Shown here piece after piece: positions 12,555-25,740 of a stretch of 64,000 nt of DNA (its first letter is position 1; each line of letters opens with the position of its first letter). The notes beneath the pieces were generated by a model, which worked only from the letters and a program-made list of their open reading frames with translations, was not told where the DNA came from and did no database searches. Both the position numbers and the translations under genes were made by a program. Source of the stretch: Hydrolagus colliei (Eukaryota); NCBI GenBank assembly GCA_035084275.1, contig CM068743.1, forward strand, positions 104,470,001 to 104,534,000. Direction: 5' to 3'.

Positions 12555-12775
12555 AACTGAGTTCAGGAAGTGCTTCTTCACACAGAGGGTGATGAAGATA
12601 TGGAATGCTCTGTTCCAGAAATAGAATCAAAAGAGATGTTTAAAAGATACCTAACTAGCAGAGATATAAAGGAATTAGGTCAAAAGGTGGAGCATTGAGA
12701 TTAAATAGTCTGCTAAAATATAATAGGTTGGTGGAACAAGCCTAATGGGCTGATTAACCTTTTCTTGCTCCTGCT
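12555..12775 (+). mobile_element. CR1-clade LINE 3' end
   Basis: ttcttcacacagagggtgatgaagatatggaatgctctg translates to FFTQRVMKIWNAL; CR1-type 3' UTR follows. Confidence 0.8.
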
Positions 12776-12944
12776 TACTATGTTCCTTCAGATGTATGTC
12801 TCTTCTATTGCTTGAGCAGGGCTCCACAAAGGTGATTATGAACCGGCTTTGCTGACCTGAATCCTTTGTAAGCATATCATCTGGTAACATAGCAATACTA
12901 AAACAAACTGTTGGATACCCCCAGTCCAAATGCCTTAAAACACC

Positions 12945-13200
12945 TGCCTGTTCAGATGGATATTAAACAACCCTTGGCTCTATTCGAAAGCGGTTCCTCC
13001 CTGTGATCTGACCAACAAACCTTTGGATACAAACTGGGTCTTTTACTTCACAGCTGTTTTGGAGGCATTTCTAGGTGCAAATTGGCTGCAAATTTCTTTA
13101 TAAATATACTGACTTTGCACTTTAACTCCTGTGAAGTACTTTGAGATGTCTTGACAACACAGTAAGGCACTATATCACATACAAGGATTATTATTAATAA
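12945..13200 (+). mobile_element. DeuSINE 3' part
   Basis: ctgcctgttcagatggatattaaa...aaattggctgc...taaggcactatatcacatacaaggattattatt. Confidence 0.75.
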
Positions 13201-13959
13201 TAAATAAATTGACTTTGATTGTTTCAAATAGTACTGAGGTCAAAGTCTGTTCCAAACCGCAGTCTCTTTGACACTGTTTAGACTTGAAATTGTGATACTA
13301 ATATTTGCGCAAAAGATTTGAAATATTAAACAAATCAAAATTGGTTGATATATTCCAACATTGTTAGAGTTCTATGCACAGAAACAACATAATATTCAGT
13401 GTGAATTGATTCAGCTGTACACAATTTTTTTAGGTTACATTTGGATTGATTTTAAAACTCCGTATTTGTATGGATTAATAACCTAGAATGGCCAGGTTGG
13501 CCTATTGAAATGTGATTTGTCGAAGCAACCTGAGGAAAGGTAGAGAAATTAAAACAAAATCGTAAAGTCAAGTCATAGGCACAGATCTATGGAAGAGGTC
13601 TTTGAGGTGTGAATTAATAGTAATAAATATCCTCACTATACTAGCTCAGGCACTCAGGGTTGCCTTGTTCTGAGTCTAATGTTGGCATGAATTATTTACC
13701 AATAAATTATCACCACTCGATCATTTGTCCATGACTGGGCACTGAAGCCTTTGAATGGCATTGGGTCTCTCACATACGCCATACAGATATTCCTTCTTTC
13801 TGTCATACATAAAGCAGACCTCAGTGAAAGCATGGAAACCTGGAATGAGTGGATCACATTAGGATCCAATAAGTAACGATTTCTGATAGGATTCTAATCT
13901 AATATGATTTCTAGTAGGATAAGAAAAGAAATCTGAGTAAATGTGGATTAATAATAGTA

Positions 13960-14225
13960 ATTATTATTAATCCAATTAATCCTTACATTTGGTATGATGC
14001 TTTTCATGTTGGAAGGACACCTCAAAGCATTTTACAGGACTGACTATAAAGTGTCGTGACTGCGTGCTTTTGATCAAAATGCAGCAACCAGTTTGTAAAC
14101 GGCAATGTCTCACAAACAGCAATAAAATTAGCAATCAATTTTATTCGAGGGATTTTTGGCCAAGTGATTGGGAAAAACTCTGTTGTTTTTGAATTCTGCC
14201 GTGGGATCTCTAACATCCACAGGGC
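13960..14225 (-). mobile_element. DeuSINE 3' part
   Basis: Tail taatccttacatttgg and Deu gccgtgggatctctaacatccac, both in reverse orientation. Confidence 0.7.
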
Positions 14226-14352
14226 AAGAAGATGAGAGTTTAGTTGAACATCTTAAGCTGATGGCTGCTGCATGAACCTCCCCAACATAAAGAAGTCGGA
14301 AATTAAAGTTTTCAGTGAGATCTCCTGTGGCATTTGTTAGAATGGAAAATGG

Positions 14353-15961
14353 CTTCTCCATGCTCAGTCACTCAGAAGCACATTTCCATCAAATAAATAT
14401 CGGAAGGCTTTACATGGTCCCTGAGACCAAAGCGCTCTGAGCCGCTATCCTACGTGAAGGGTGGTACAGTATACAGATGCAAAACATTGTTGTGTCTTGT
14501 TGAGACTTGACAATGGTGCCTGACAATGGAATCCATGTTGCACAGGGCTCTTCTCCAGATATGGATATTACACTAATGTTGTACAAAACCCATTTAAAAA
14601 AGTCATTTCAATAAAGAACAAGAATTCAGCAAGCTTAATATTAATCACATTGCAACTGCTATGAAACAAGCAATGGACCGAATAAACCATAAACTCTTAA
14701 GCTATGAAGAGAATGGCCAATTTTATTTAGGAGATTTTTACAGTCAGGAGGAGAATTAGGAGAAATTCCCTTCTCATCAAATAGTGCCATGGGATCTTCA
14801 GTGTCCACTTGAAGAGGCAAACAGCATCTTGGTTTAACCTACAATAACTCAGCAATTCCCCCACCCCTCCCCATCTCCCACCACTGCATTAGAGTGTCAG
14901 CGTAGACTATATGAGATCCATGTCACAATGTGGGACTTGAACCCAAAACCTTCTGACTCAGAATCGAGAATGTTGACATCTAGGACAGCCTGACATGCCT
15001 ACTCTGGTTCCTAGATTATAGCGCAGAGAAATGCAGGAAAAGTGCAGCCTTGGACTGTACTGTAACATTTGAACTTCATTGTTATTCAGATTTATTTCAG
15101 CATGTACTAGGAACAGCATAGCCTGAATATATTAAAATCAATTAACGTCAAAATAGCAAGTCGACATTGTTTCAAATATATTCAAATAGCACACTATACT
15201 TTGCGGAAATTGAGGTCATCTTTGACCTCTAAAATGAAAACATAACAATTATCTTGATGATGCATTTTAAAACTCAATGTCTCAAAAAAATCATGAGTAG
15301 ATATAACACCAAAATCTAGGCATGATTTTTTTCAGACGCTGCAGGAATAAAGTGTGTTTTAAACAGACTTTAAAAGTCTAAAAATAGACTTTTTAAAATG
15401 GGCTAGAAGACGTGAAAAGTGCTATATTAAAGGATGCAAGGATTATTATTATCACATTGTGTGAGGTTTAAATCATTATTTTTATTCCCATCTCTATCCT
15501 CAGCATAATGTTTGGAGTTATGGTATCTCTGTTAGTTTCTTGCTCCCAGTTATGGATATTGGTGTTTGAGTGCAGTTAGACAGAGGATAACAACATAACT
15601 CAATCAATGAGAAGTGGCATTGAAAAGTAGACACTGGGCTACAAAAAACAAACTTGCGTTGATTTTAGCAATATCCAAGATAATGGCTAAACATTTCGGA
15701 TATCGATGTTCAGACCAAATCATTGTGCTGAATTCTTGTTCTTTATTATTAGTGTAATATTCATATCTAGATGAAGAGCCCTGCGCAACATGGATTCCAT
15801 TGTCAGGCATCATTGTCAAGTCTCAACAACAATGTCTTGTATCTGTATACCACCCTTCACGCAGGATAGCGGCTCAGAGCGCTTTGATCTCAGGGACCAT
15901 GTAAAGCCTTCCAATGTTTGTTTGGTAGAAATGTAAATCTGAGTGATTGAGCATGAAGAAG
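14353..15961. repeat. Local inverted repeat; arms 14353-14631 and 15726-15961
   Basis: ggaaggctttacatggtccctgagaccaaagcgctctgagccgctatcct is matched by aggatagcggctcagagcgctttgatctcagggaccatgtaaagccttcc; homology continues for about 240 bp. Confidence 0.93.
14700..14992 (-). mobile_element. DeuSINE (SacSINE1-like) 5' part
   Basis: aaatagtgccatgggatcttcagtgtccac...gtgggacttgaacccaaaaccttctgactcaga. Confidence 0.85.
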
Positions 15962-17145
15962 TTGTTCAAATCTTGTGGTTTAAATCTGGTAAATTCCAGG
16001 TTACATAGGACTGATGGAAATCTTTGTGCTGAAGGGGGATTTTCAGTTTGTGAACACTGGGGATGATTCTTTGCTGGTCAGTAAATTATTAAACTTAATG
16101 TACAAATGGTGAGTTTGTTGGTCATTCACTCCATGGTGTATGGGTAATTGCTGTAAGCAAATTGGCTACTGCCAACAAAATACGCAGTTACTACACTTTA
16201 CAGTAAGGTGAACCAATTTGAGATATCCTCCCCATGAGAAAGGTGCTATATCAAACACAATAATTATTACCTATAAACATCTCTTTGTCTGGAACTCAAT
16301 CCCAGAGTTCCTACACTTGGCCCCTTCTCTCATTCAAGATACAGTCTAAAAATGTATCCCGTTGACCTAGCCCGGAAGAAAATACCTCACACCGTTTAAT
16401 GTTTCAAAATATCACAATTACAAAAAAGGCAATTTTTCTCATGATTGTTTCAGCAGGTCATTATTTTAGCTATCTTCTGAAATGTTCTCAGTAATGTCTA
16501 TACCACGTGTTAATAAAACAACAGGGAGGCAAATTAGGCTGTGAGCAACTGGCTGGGCTGTTCCTCTGAACCACAATCCATTTTTGATCCTTCAGTGTGA
16601 TTATTCCAATTTATTTTGTTCGAGGACAGACAAATGTATATTCAAATTAACTGGAATCTGTAACCAGGTAGCACAAATTAGCATAGACACATTGTCAGGA
16701 CAACAGCAGGAACTGTTTGAAAAATAAGCACTAAAATTTGGGAGATTGTTTTCAAGGTTTAATCTAGGAATTTTAAAATGGTACTGTAGCACAAGTTAGC
16801 AGTAGCTAAGGAGGAGTATTGTTCTGTATTTGTCAATTTGATCACATAAGTATATTTTAAAATGTTATTTTTTTCACATCTATATTAGGTCAACTTTCCA
16901 ATCGATGGAGATTTCGCCCGCAAAATATAATGTTAATTCACTTTACAGTATACAGTATTCTGTGAAGCGCTTTGAGATGTCTCGAAAATATAATGACATA
17001 TTCCTCAGGCAGAACTTGTCCTCAAATGCGTTTAAAACTTTTCGACTGTACCCATGGTCATATCCTTCTCTTCCCTCTCCCCTGTCCCCTGCTTCATTGA
17101 CCCTAGATTTGTAAAATGCTCCTACATATTATCTAACATAGAAAA

Positions 17146-17352
17146 TTTGAATCTGTAATGCATTGCCTGAAAAGATGGTGGAGTTCGATTCGATAACAGC
17201 TTTTAAAAGAGAATTAGATCTTTATTTAGGGAGAACAGGTCTGTTAGGTTATAGGGAGAGAGCTGAGCAGTGGGATTGAGTTGCTCTTTTCAAAGAGCCG
17301 GCACAGACTAGATGGGCCGAACGGCCTCCTTTTGTTCCGTAAAATTCTATAT
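17146..17352 (+). mobile_element. CR1-clade LINE 3' end
   Basis: NALPEKMVE...TAFKRELD remnant; 3' UTR gagccggcacagactagatgggccgaacggcctcc...ttctat. Confidence 0.85.
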
Positions 17353-17834
17353 GATAAGAGTTTTACTGCTTATACTATATTACATTTACTGGTTGGGCAT
17401 TCACCTTGTGGCTGCTTGTGGGATTTTTCTAGCTGCCAATGATTGTCGACAAAAACAGTCACTACACTAGTCAATTACAATACAGTAACTGCTGTGAAAC
17501 ACTTGGAGCTGCTTCAAAATAATTAGACACTACAGATACTACATTAGTTCTTTTTCCTTCAAAAAATAATTAATCTTGCATTTGATATAACGCCTTTCAA
17601 ATCAGGAGGACATCTCAAAGCACTTCACAGGATTTACTGAGATGTGTAATTACTGCTTATTTTGTAGGCAAACACCTTCCTTCTTTCACTCTTACCAACA
17701 ACAAATCAAGATATTCATATAAAGATATTAGATACATAAGCATTTGAGAGTTACTAACATAATGTACAGTACAAGATACCATATTGTGCGGTTTCTTTAA
17801 AAATAACCTGCGCAAAATAAAATCCACACAATTT

Positions 17835-18197
17835 GCAGCTCAGTGGGGTACAGTTGAGCAATCCATGTTGTAAAACAATCCTCTGACCCGTGGGAACTGG
17901 GTTCAGAGCTGGGTTAGGCAGTTTGAATGTCACCTTGTCCTGATTTTGCTGAGGATTTTGAAGTAAAATCTGTTTGGGCAGTTCTTACTCTCAACCCAGC
18001 CCCCAGTGTTGGAATCCACAGCACAATGCTGCCCTTGAATTCAACAGTAATTGACACTAATTAGGAAGTGTATCTCTGAGAAGCCATAAGGACAGACAGT
18101 GTGAGAAATGGAAATGTGTTGTGCTGACACTGACACAGTAGAAAGTGCTCCCCTGAGATTAAGCTTGAAGGATGTTGTCACTGCAATGCTGGAAACC
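17835..18197 (+). mobile_element. LF-SINE-like ancient tRNA-derived SINE
   Basis: Ordered blocks agctcagtgg / ctgggttca / tctcaacccagcccccagtg / tccacagcacaa / aattgacactaatt / gtgctcccctgagattaagcttga resemble the LF-SINE consensus as recalled; not aligned computationally. Confidence 0.55.
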
Positions 18198-18409
18198 CAA
18201 CACCGAAGGTACTACAGAAAATGAGCTTTCAGTATTATTGCCTTGTTTCAGCTTTACCTTCGAAGGCCTGAAAAGTATTGATAGCCGCGGTGACCAGCCT
18301 TTCAATGATATTGGTACAAAGGGACGACTTTGAAAAACTGCAGTAGGAAAGATGGCATGGGCTAAATGGCCTCGTTCTGAACTGGGAATTTATTTTCTTT
18401 CAAACAACA

Positions 18410-18460
18410 CCTCCCTCCTCCCTCCTTCCTTCCTTCCTTCCTTCCCTACTTCCCTACCCC
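18410..18460. repeat. (TTCC/CTCC)n microsatellite
   Basis: ctccctcctccctccttccttccttccttccttccc. Confidence 0.85.
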
Positions 18461-21442
18461 TGCTGACTGCTAGAAGGTGGAGCATGCACCCACTGAGACC
18501 TCCTGGCTCCCAGAGCAATCAGGAAAGCTGGATACCTCCTCACAACCAGGCAGTCAGCATGGCAAATGTCACCTTGCATTTGTCTTGTTGTGCACCTGGG
18601 ATGGTGCTATTTATATTCATACAGAGACAGGTGGATGTAAATTCACAGTGCTCCAAATGATGATATTTACAAATAAATCTAAAAATCAGTCAAACCGTTG
18701 ACCACTTCTGATTTAGTGTTCAGGTTCATGCTGGTTTCATTGTCCCCTGAACTATTCCAAATATGGAAGAGATAAGGCCCAGAAAGCAAAATGGCAAAAT
18801 TTTGAACATGCCAAGGTTTCTGCAATAAAGTTTGTCTTGAAGGAAACATTCACAGAAAGCATTTTTTCTCCCCCAAACCAAGAAGCAGGAGTTGAAGGTA
18901 TTTGAAAGTAGCCATTACATATTATCCATTGGTATTTATGACACTCCCAGGCAATATAATTGGGAGCTCATCCCAAAGATCATTCACAGTGCTGGTGGGT
19001 ACCCTAGCTGGGGTAGGGAGCCGAGGGGGGTGTGGAGAGGACAGATGACTGAAAGCACGGACAAAGAGGTACGTTTTGAACACTATAGATCAGTCATCTC
19101 TGATTGTGACCGTGACAGACGTCACACAGCCATGAGTGTGGTAGGATTTATAGCACATAAACAAAATATGATAGCTGTAAAAAGAGAAGACAACTACAGT
19201 AATAGCTGCTGTCTGCAATAAATCCATAAAAACAGTTTGATGCCACAGCAGTAATCAAGACTGCAGCATCCTCTTTTCCCATGATGTCTTTGTCAATATC
19301 AAGTCAGTTTCATGAGCTCAAAATGGACCAATTAGTGAGCTCTGCCTACCTGCCCCTGAAGTAGAAGTGTAGCAGTCTGCAAGCAGAATCATTTACTGAA
19401 ATTCACATGAGGTTTTTGTGGGGGAGGGGGGAGTTACACAGAAAGAATCTTGGCTAAACATTTTACCGGATTTACCTCGACCTCATACAATATTTTAGAC
19501 ATCTTAAAGTAGCGCAAGTCATTACATGGGGAAATGGTTTTGAAATTCAAAATGAAAATATCAGTTTTCACCATTTAATTAGCGGGGTGAAAATTACACT
19601 ATCATGAAACACAATCCATTCCTTGATTAAGGAACATAGTGTTGAAATGTGTTTTTGAAGTCAGAAAATCACCCAAAGCCAGCTGAGAAAACATGGATAC
19701 CACCATCTGGGATTCATGCTAAAAGGAAATGATTTTCAATCACTTGGAAACAACCTTTTTTGAGCTTATTTAGGGCATATTAAGCTTATGTAGGGCATTT
19801 TAGCCTCGTTCTAACTGGGTTAGGGTAGGATCCTGTGAATAAACCCAGAGAGGTTATTGTACGTGATTGCAACTGGCAACCAGGCCAGCAGAAATATTCA
19901 GGATCCTGTAAACACAGTACCAGTTTGCACTGTAGGAGGTACAGCATGCAATACAATGCAAAATTGACTTGGTCATCCACACAGAGGAACAGAAGCCCTG
20001 ACAGCAGACTTCTTCTGACAAATCTGTCAATGGCACCCGCCTATAATGTCCCCAATGAAAGGATAATTTCCCCCTTAAAGTCAATCTTAGCCTGACACCA
20101 CTGCTCTATCTGTATCTTTGTGGCATGTGAATATAAAGCACGCCCCAGAGAAATCAAGTTGTATGCAGCAAATCTATATATGATAAGCATGTTGGCTTCT
20201 TCAGTCTCTTACCTCTTTGAATTACTGTCAAGCCTAGTAAATAATGTCTAACAGCAACTTATATAGATGCAGCCATTTAAATCTGGTGATTCTATAGGTT
20301 TAGAGGATTATGAAACATTGACTGTCCAGAACCTTGGGACGTCCTCCCGACGTGAAAGGCACTATACAAATGTAATTTTGTTGTTGTTGTTTCCTCCGAT
20401 GCAGGACTGCCACTTACCTACACGGACAGATCCAATGTTCAGTAGGGCATTATTGTCTGGCAAATATAGACCATTCTGAAAGTGCCAGTGAGAATATATC
20501 ACTGAGAAAAATCAGGGAATACCGACGATTCTGAAAGAGCAATATTTTACAAGGTGAAAAAGTTACAGTTGTCATTTTCTAGTAAGAAATGAAAGTGAAG
20601 AGCTGAAGGGTGGTCAAGGTTTAGCACAAAACAACAGATTATCCTCCGTAAACAGACGCAAATAGACTACACTATTTTTGTCACCTTTTGTGATGCACGC
20701 CAAGACTGCAGCTATTCAGTTTCCTCAGCCCTTGTCAATTATGTACAATCTATTTTATTGGACTATCCTGGGGGTCCCCTGGCCCATTCAAAAAGCGAAT
20801 AAATAAAACACAGTCAATACGATGACAATGAGTATCTCAGGAGACTGCTGAGGATTTGTGGGGCACTTTCTGCAGAAAATTGGTCTCTGGGGCACAATTA
20901 TTCATTGTGAGGCTGAAGAGAGATGATTTATGTCTGTGGCAGCAGTTAGTTCTGTAAATAGTAACCTCTACTGTAGCCCGCTGTATAACACACCACCTGT
21001 AACATTGATTCTCTGGGTAAAGACGTGTCTCTCTCACATATTATCTTCTCTCCCAGCCTGTACTGATTTCAGTTAGACACACTTAAAAGAACAGTGATAC
21101 CAATGGTGCAATGCAGTCACTTTCTATAATGCTGAACAATTCACTCTTCACAATCTGTCAATGTTAGATTAGTTAGGCTAGATTTTAAATGAGAAAGAGA
21201 TTATGTTGCCCAAAATATACAACCAATTCACTTTACACTTTACAGTGCATTCTCTGAAAGGCTTTGACATGTCTAGAAGACATGATAAGGTGCTATATCA
21301 AATGCAAGGATTATTATTATATGGTGTGGTGATGTGCATTTGTGTAAGTGAATATGTTTATGTATGTATTCTGTGTATGTGAAAGTGCATGTGTGAAATA
21401 ATGTTTGTGTATGAGTGAGTTATATAATAATATACAGTATAA

Positions 21443-21775
21443 ATATAATCCTTGCAATTGATATAGTGCCTTATCACATCTTGGAGATGTCTCAAACCAC
21501 TTCACAAAATATACTGATTGTGTATTGTGTGGACAAAACACAAACAGCCAATTGTGCTCGGCAGTGTTCCACAAGCAGTCATGGATTGAGTGACCAATTT
21601 ATTATTTTTAAAAATTATTTATTTGGAGGAATTATTACCCCTGGAAAATGATCGCCAATTGACAAACAACCAGGTTCCTACGTATTGCTAGTTAAACAGT
21701 GGGGTATGGAATAATGAAACTTGACCAATGTTTTCCCCTTGCGGGAATCAAGCCCAGGTCTCTCACTTGCAGGAC
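21443..21775 (-). mobile_element. Near full-length tRNA-head SINE of the (TTA)n-tailed family
   Basis: Tail and core, plus head remnant gcgggaatcaagcccaggtctctcacttgca (reverse-complement B box). Confidence 0.85.
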
Positions 21776-21789
21776 TCTGCTTCTTTGAT

Positions 21790-22160
21790 AGTGTGAGTTT
21801 GTGTCACTGCGTGTGAGTGTGCACAAGTGTTAGTGCATGATGTATTGTCTGTTTGTACGTGTAAATTAACGACTGTGAGTATGCATCATTGTGTGCGAAT
21901 GTGTGAGTGTGTGAGTGATTGTGGGAGTGAGTGCTTGAGTGATCATGAGTGTGTATATGATAGTATGCGCCAGTTGTGTTTGGGAACATGTGTGTGTATG
22001 ATTGTGTGAGACTGTCTGAGTGCAGGAGTGTCTTTGTGACTGCGTGAGTGTGCATGAGTGAAGTAGGCAGGTTGAGTGCAGGATTGTGTGTGTGTGTGTA
22101 TGTATTAGTGTGAGTGTGTATGAGATTGTATGCGTTAGAGTCTGTGTGTTATTGTATATG
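21790..22160. repeat. Degenerate (GT)n-rich microsatellite; a similar tract lies at 21320-21420
   Basis: Continuous gtgtgagtgtgtg-type low-complexity sequence. Confidence 0.85.
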
Positions 22161-23059
22161 CACGCTCAAAGACGCACAGCCAGTCAATATAGCATTCAAA
22201 ATAACATCCAATAACAAAGCGACTGGGATGAAGCAATTTATACAGGGTAGTATTTATATTTAATTTTAGCCTTTGTACAAAGGAGGAAAAACAGGGAAGG
22301 GGCAGTTTGTGCATCACCACTGTGCTAATTGGCTCACAACAAAACACATTGTATGATTTTGTTTCCCTCAGATACAGTCAGACAAAAATAAAAACCTTTC
22401 AAAAAATTTTTTGCCGGTGAGGACTTTATTTAAAACAATTTTAATTAGATTAGAGATGGCACCTCTGAACTGTCCTTTACCAAGAAAATCATAAATTTTC
22501 CCCGCTATCTGAATGATTAACAAGTCATCTTATTTCCCCAGGACTTGCTCTGCCATATCCGTGATATTTGCAGTAGGTTTAATTGCACCGCTAGACAGTC
22601 AGACCACATATGAAGCACTTCAAGTCTTAGGAAGAATATGGAGAGTTTAAGTAAACACTCTGAACAATTGTCACAACAATAAATCTCATTATTCCACATC
22701 CTTTTTTTGTCTTTATTGGTTTAAAAAAACCTGAATGCATGACTGTTTGTGGGACACTGCTGTGTGTAATTGGCTGCTGTGTTTCACCCATAAAATATAC
22801 AGTCAACTCACTTGACAATAAAATCTGTGAAGTGCTTTGAGACATCTCAAAGGCATGGTAAGACGCTATATCAAATGCAGGGATAATTATTAAACCATAA
22901 AAATATAGCGCCCTAAGAAAAAGAGACAATGCTCCCTCAGTGGAGCGAATTCAAGATACTCATTCTAACATTTAAATCTCTCCTTAGTCTCACCCTATCC
23001 TCTACGACCTCCTTCAGCTATATTTACTTTATAGTTGTTTTATATGAAATAAACAATTG

Positions 23060-23330
23060 TGGTGAGATTCCACACCAACAACGCAAAGTGGAGTGTTCAT
23101 CCATGCAGATTCATGCTGTCAGTGCCTGGGGTGAGAAGATACCGATGAGAGTCAAGTGGGAGAGCCTCTGTCTTGTCAACATTCAACCGAAGAAAGTTAG
23201 AGCTCATTCTAGGATTTGATGTCTGACAGACAATCGGTCAGAACAGGAGTGAGTCAAATAATCAGTCAGAACGCAAGTCAAGGGTGGAGGCAGAGAGATA
23301 GAGTGGGTGTCAACCACATACAGACTGCCT
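23060..23330 (-). mobile_element. Old L2 RT-region fragment
   Basis: Reverse strand gives a degenerate Y(V)(V)DT.LY match to YADDTQLY, followed by a V.NLGI-like motif. Confidence 0.5.
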
Positions 23331-24844
23331 TATTCAAACATGTTGGTGTATAGTATGCTATCCGAATTAACCAGCATCCAAAGCTATCTGAAGTCAACAA
23401 CAACAACATTTTTATGTAACATTTTTATGTGTATGTAAAGGCCTGAAAAGAATACTCAGAATTTACAAGCGAAATAGGTGATTTATAAATTTAAGAGTTG
23501 TACAGTATTATTTTTCCCCATAGTATATAGTACTATATTTTATTGCATGTTATTTACTAGTTTTGTTTTCCAAGTGAGCGAGTTTTCCAACAAGCAAAGT
23601 GTTGTACAAAATCTCAAGTTACAAAAATGTAAACTTCTTTAATCAAAAATTCTCTCAAGTCGGATTGCATAAGATTAGTTTTGTGAAAACATGGAAAAAA
23701 GTTGTACAAAATCTCTTTGTTTTACATTTTTGATAACAAAAAATTCATTCAAGTTGATTTCATGGCAGCATTGGATACCCTTTCTTTGACATGATTTTCA
23801 AACTAACTAATCGCGAGGGATGGGAGTTTTTTTTCATGATACACTGTGCGAGAGGATTAAGTGGATTCTGTGTTTAGTAAATCCTCAAAGGTGATGCTCC
23901 TATTTCAACATGTTTTAGTGGTGCGTGAAAAGAGTGGCAAGCTCATCTTCACAGAATGTGCAAGTTAGTTGGGTACCAAAACGCACCACGCAACAGTGAC
24001 CACCAGCGTGGTATTTTTTCTGAAATAACTGAATTAATGTCCAAATAAACTGGAATATTTTAAATAGATTTACAGTACAAACAAATTGAGACCTGGCATT
24101 TTGTCCAAAATTAATTGCATCTAAATTCACTGTCCTCCATGTATATTTGGAAATCAATCCCATAATCTGCGGATGATGTCACCAAGTGGGAACATAGATA
24201 GATGAAGAGGAGAGGACCAAAGATGGAGAATATTGTATTCAACATACTCACATATTGTAAATAATTACAGATTTTCAGTTATTCCTGCCATAAGACATAG
24301 TAAAACAAGCTAATTTATTTCCATTTAACGTTTCTCTCATTAGTATAGTGTATTCTCACTACAGACAGAATTCCAGATTAAGAAAGTTTATAAAAATTAG
24401 AATCTAGCCACTTTTTGACATAGTTTGGAGCAGCCAGCTACGTCAAGAAATGTCAAGAAATGTTATGCTTGAGACAGAATTTCTATAAATTCACATTTGC
24501 AAATCCTCTCAGTTACCACAGCCCATTTATTCAACGATTGACCTAAATATAGTAAACGCAGCAGAGAATATTTAACTAACACTTACGGTTTAGGCATTAG
24601 TATCAGTGATTCACATCCTCATGGACTTATTGCAGAGATGGACTTCTGCAATAGAGGTAATACATATAGCAAGCTCAATGTTGGATATTGCTTCAAGGAC
24701 CTAATTGGCAATTGAATATGGATGATGCAAGGGTAAAGGGATTCTGGGAATGTGTCTGGGCAGATTTAAAAGAGGTTGATTTGTAATATGGGAATTAACA
24801 GGCAGAGTGAATCTACACCGTGTTTTGGATTAAATAACATTACA

Positions 24845-24858
24845 TGGTGTCAGAAGTG
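24845..24858 (+). other. Primer binding site (tRNA-Leu type)
   Basis: TGGTGTCAGAAGTG immediately after the LTR-terminal CA; complementary to a CCA-ended tRNA-Leu 3' end. Confidence 0.8.
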
Positions 24859-25254
24859 AAAACAGAACCTGAAGTGAAACTGTCTACGAGATGGAATAAG
24901 GATTGAAAAGCAAAATGTAGAGAGAAAAATAATTATATGCTGTACCACGGTATGTGCAGATCAACCACTGAAGTTGGTTAGAAGTTTAAGGCACAATTGA
25001 TACCAGTTTGAAAGACACTTTAACATTTTTGGACAAGCCGCAAACATAACAAAATAACAACAACAAAATTACTTTTATAGAGCGCCTTTCATGTCATGAG
25101 GTGGTCCAAGGCGCTGAAACTGGCACAGGAACAGCAGTCTGCTATATTTTTGATTGTGGTAGAGGAGAAAGTAGGGAATATTTTGCAACCCTAGAAAAAA
25201 AGAAAGGTGGACATGCCAGCAAATGAGATGATGCATATTATGATGGAAAGAAGC

Positions 25255-25740
25255 TGTGGAATAATTGAAAATGATCACAAATCATTACTGGCAATATTTC
25301 AGAAAGAACAAAACAAAATACAGAGAATGAGAATATGGCTACAAAGGTTCAATTTAGAATTTAAATATAATCCAGGAAATACCTTATACATGGCAGATAA
25401 ACAAAGTAGGGTCACATGTCAAAATATAAGGAGAATAAACCATTAGAAATGGAAATGGGGTTCCAAGTATGGGAAATCACAAACGTGACAAGACTTGAGA
25501 ATGAAGTAATAGAAGCAAACAAAAACGTGTAAAGTGAGCAAGGAAACTCAAACAATGCTGAACATAGGTTGGCGAGGAAATAGAAAACATGCAACAGAGA
25601 AGGTACAACCGTACTGGGAGTATAGAAATGAAATGTATCAGAAAAAAAGGAATAATATACAGAAGTCATAGGACAATAATTCCAAGACAGTTAAGACATT
25701 TTTGGGAAACTTACATAAAAGGCATTGGGGAATAGAATGA
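25255..25740 (+). pseudogene. Gypsy pol remnant (RNase H C-terminus to integrase zinc-binding region)
   Basis: ENDHKSLLAIFQK...IQRMRIWLQRFNLEFKYNPGNTLYMADKQSR; then, across frameshifts, VQPYWEYRNE...GIIYRSHRTIIPRQLR...LHKRHWGIE. Confidence 0.85.

Noticed and set aside
23345-24135. Tigger/pogo-like MITE remnants
   Set aside because: Some ccgaattaacc-like words are present, but no matching pair of TIRs with a TA TSD could be established
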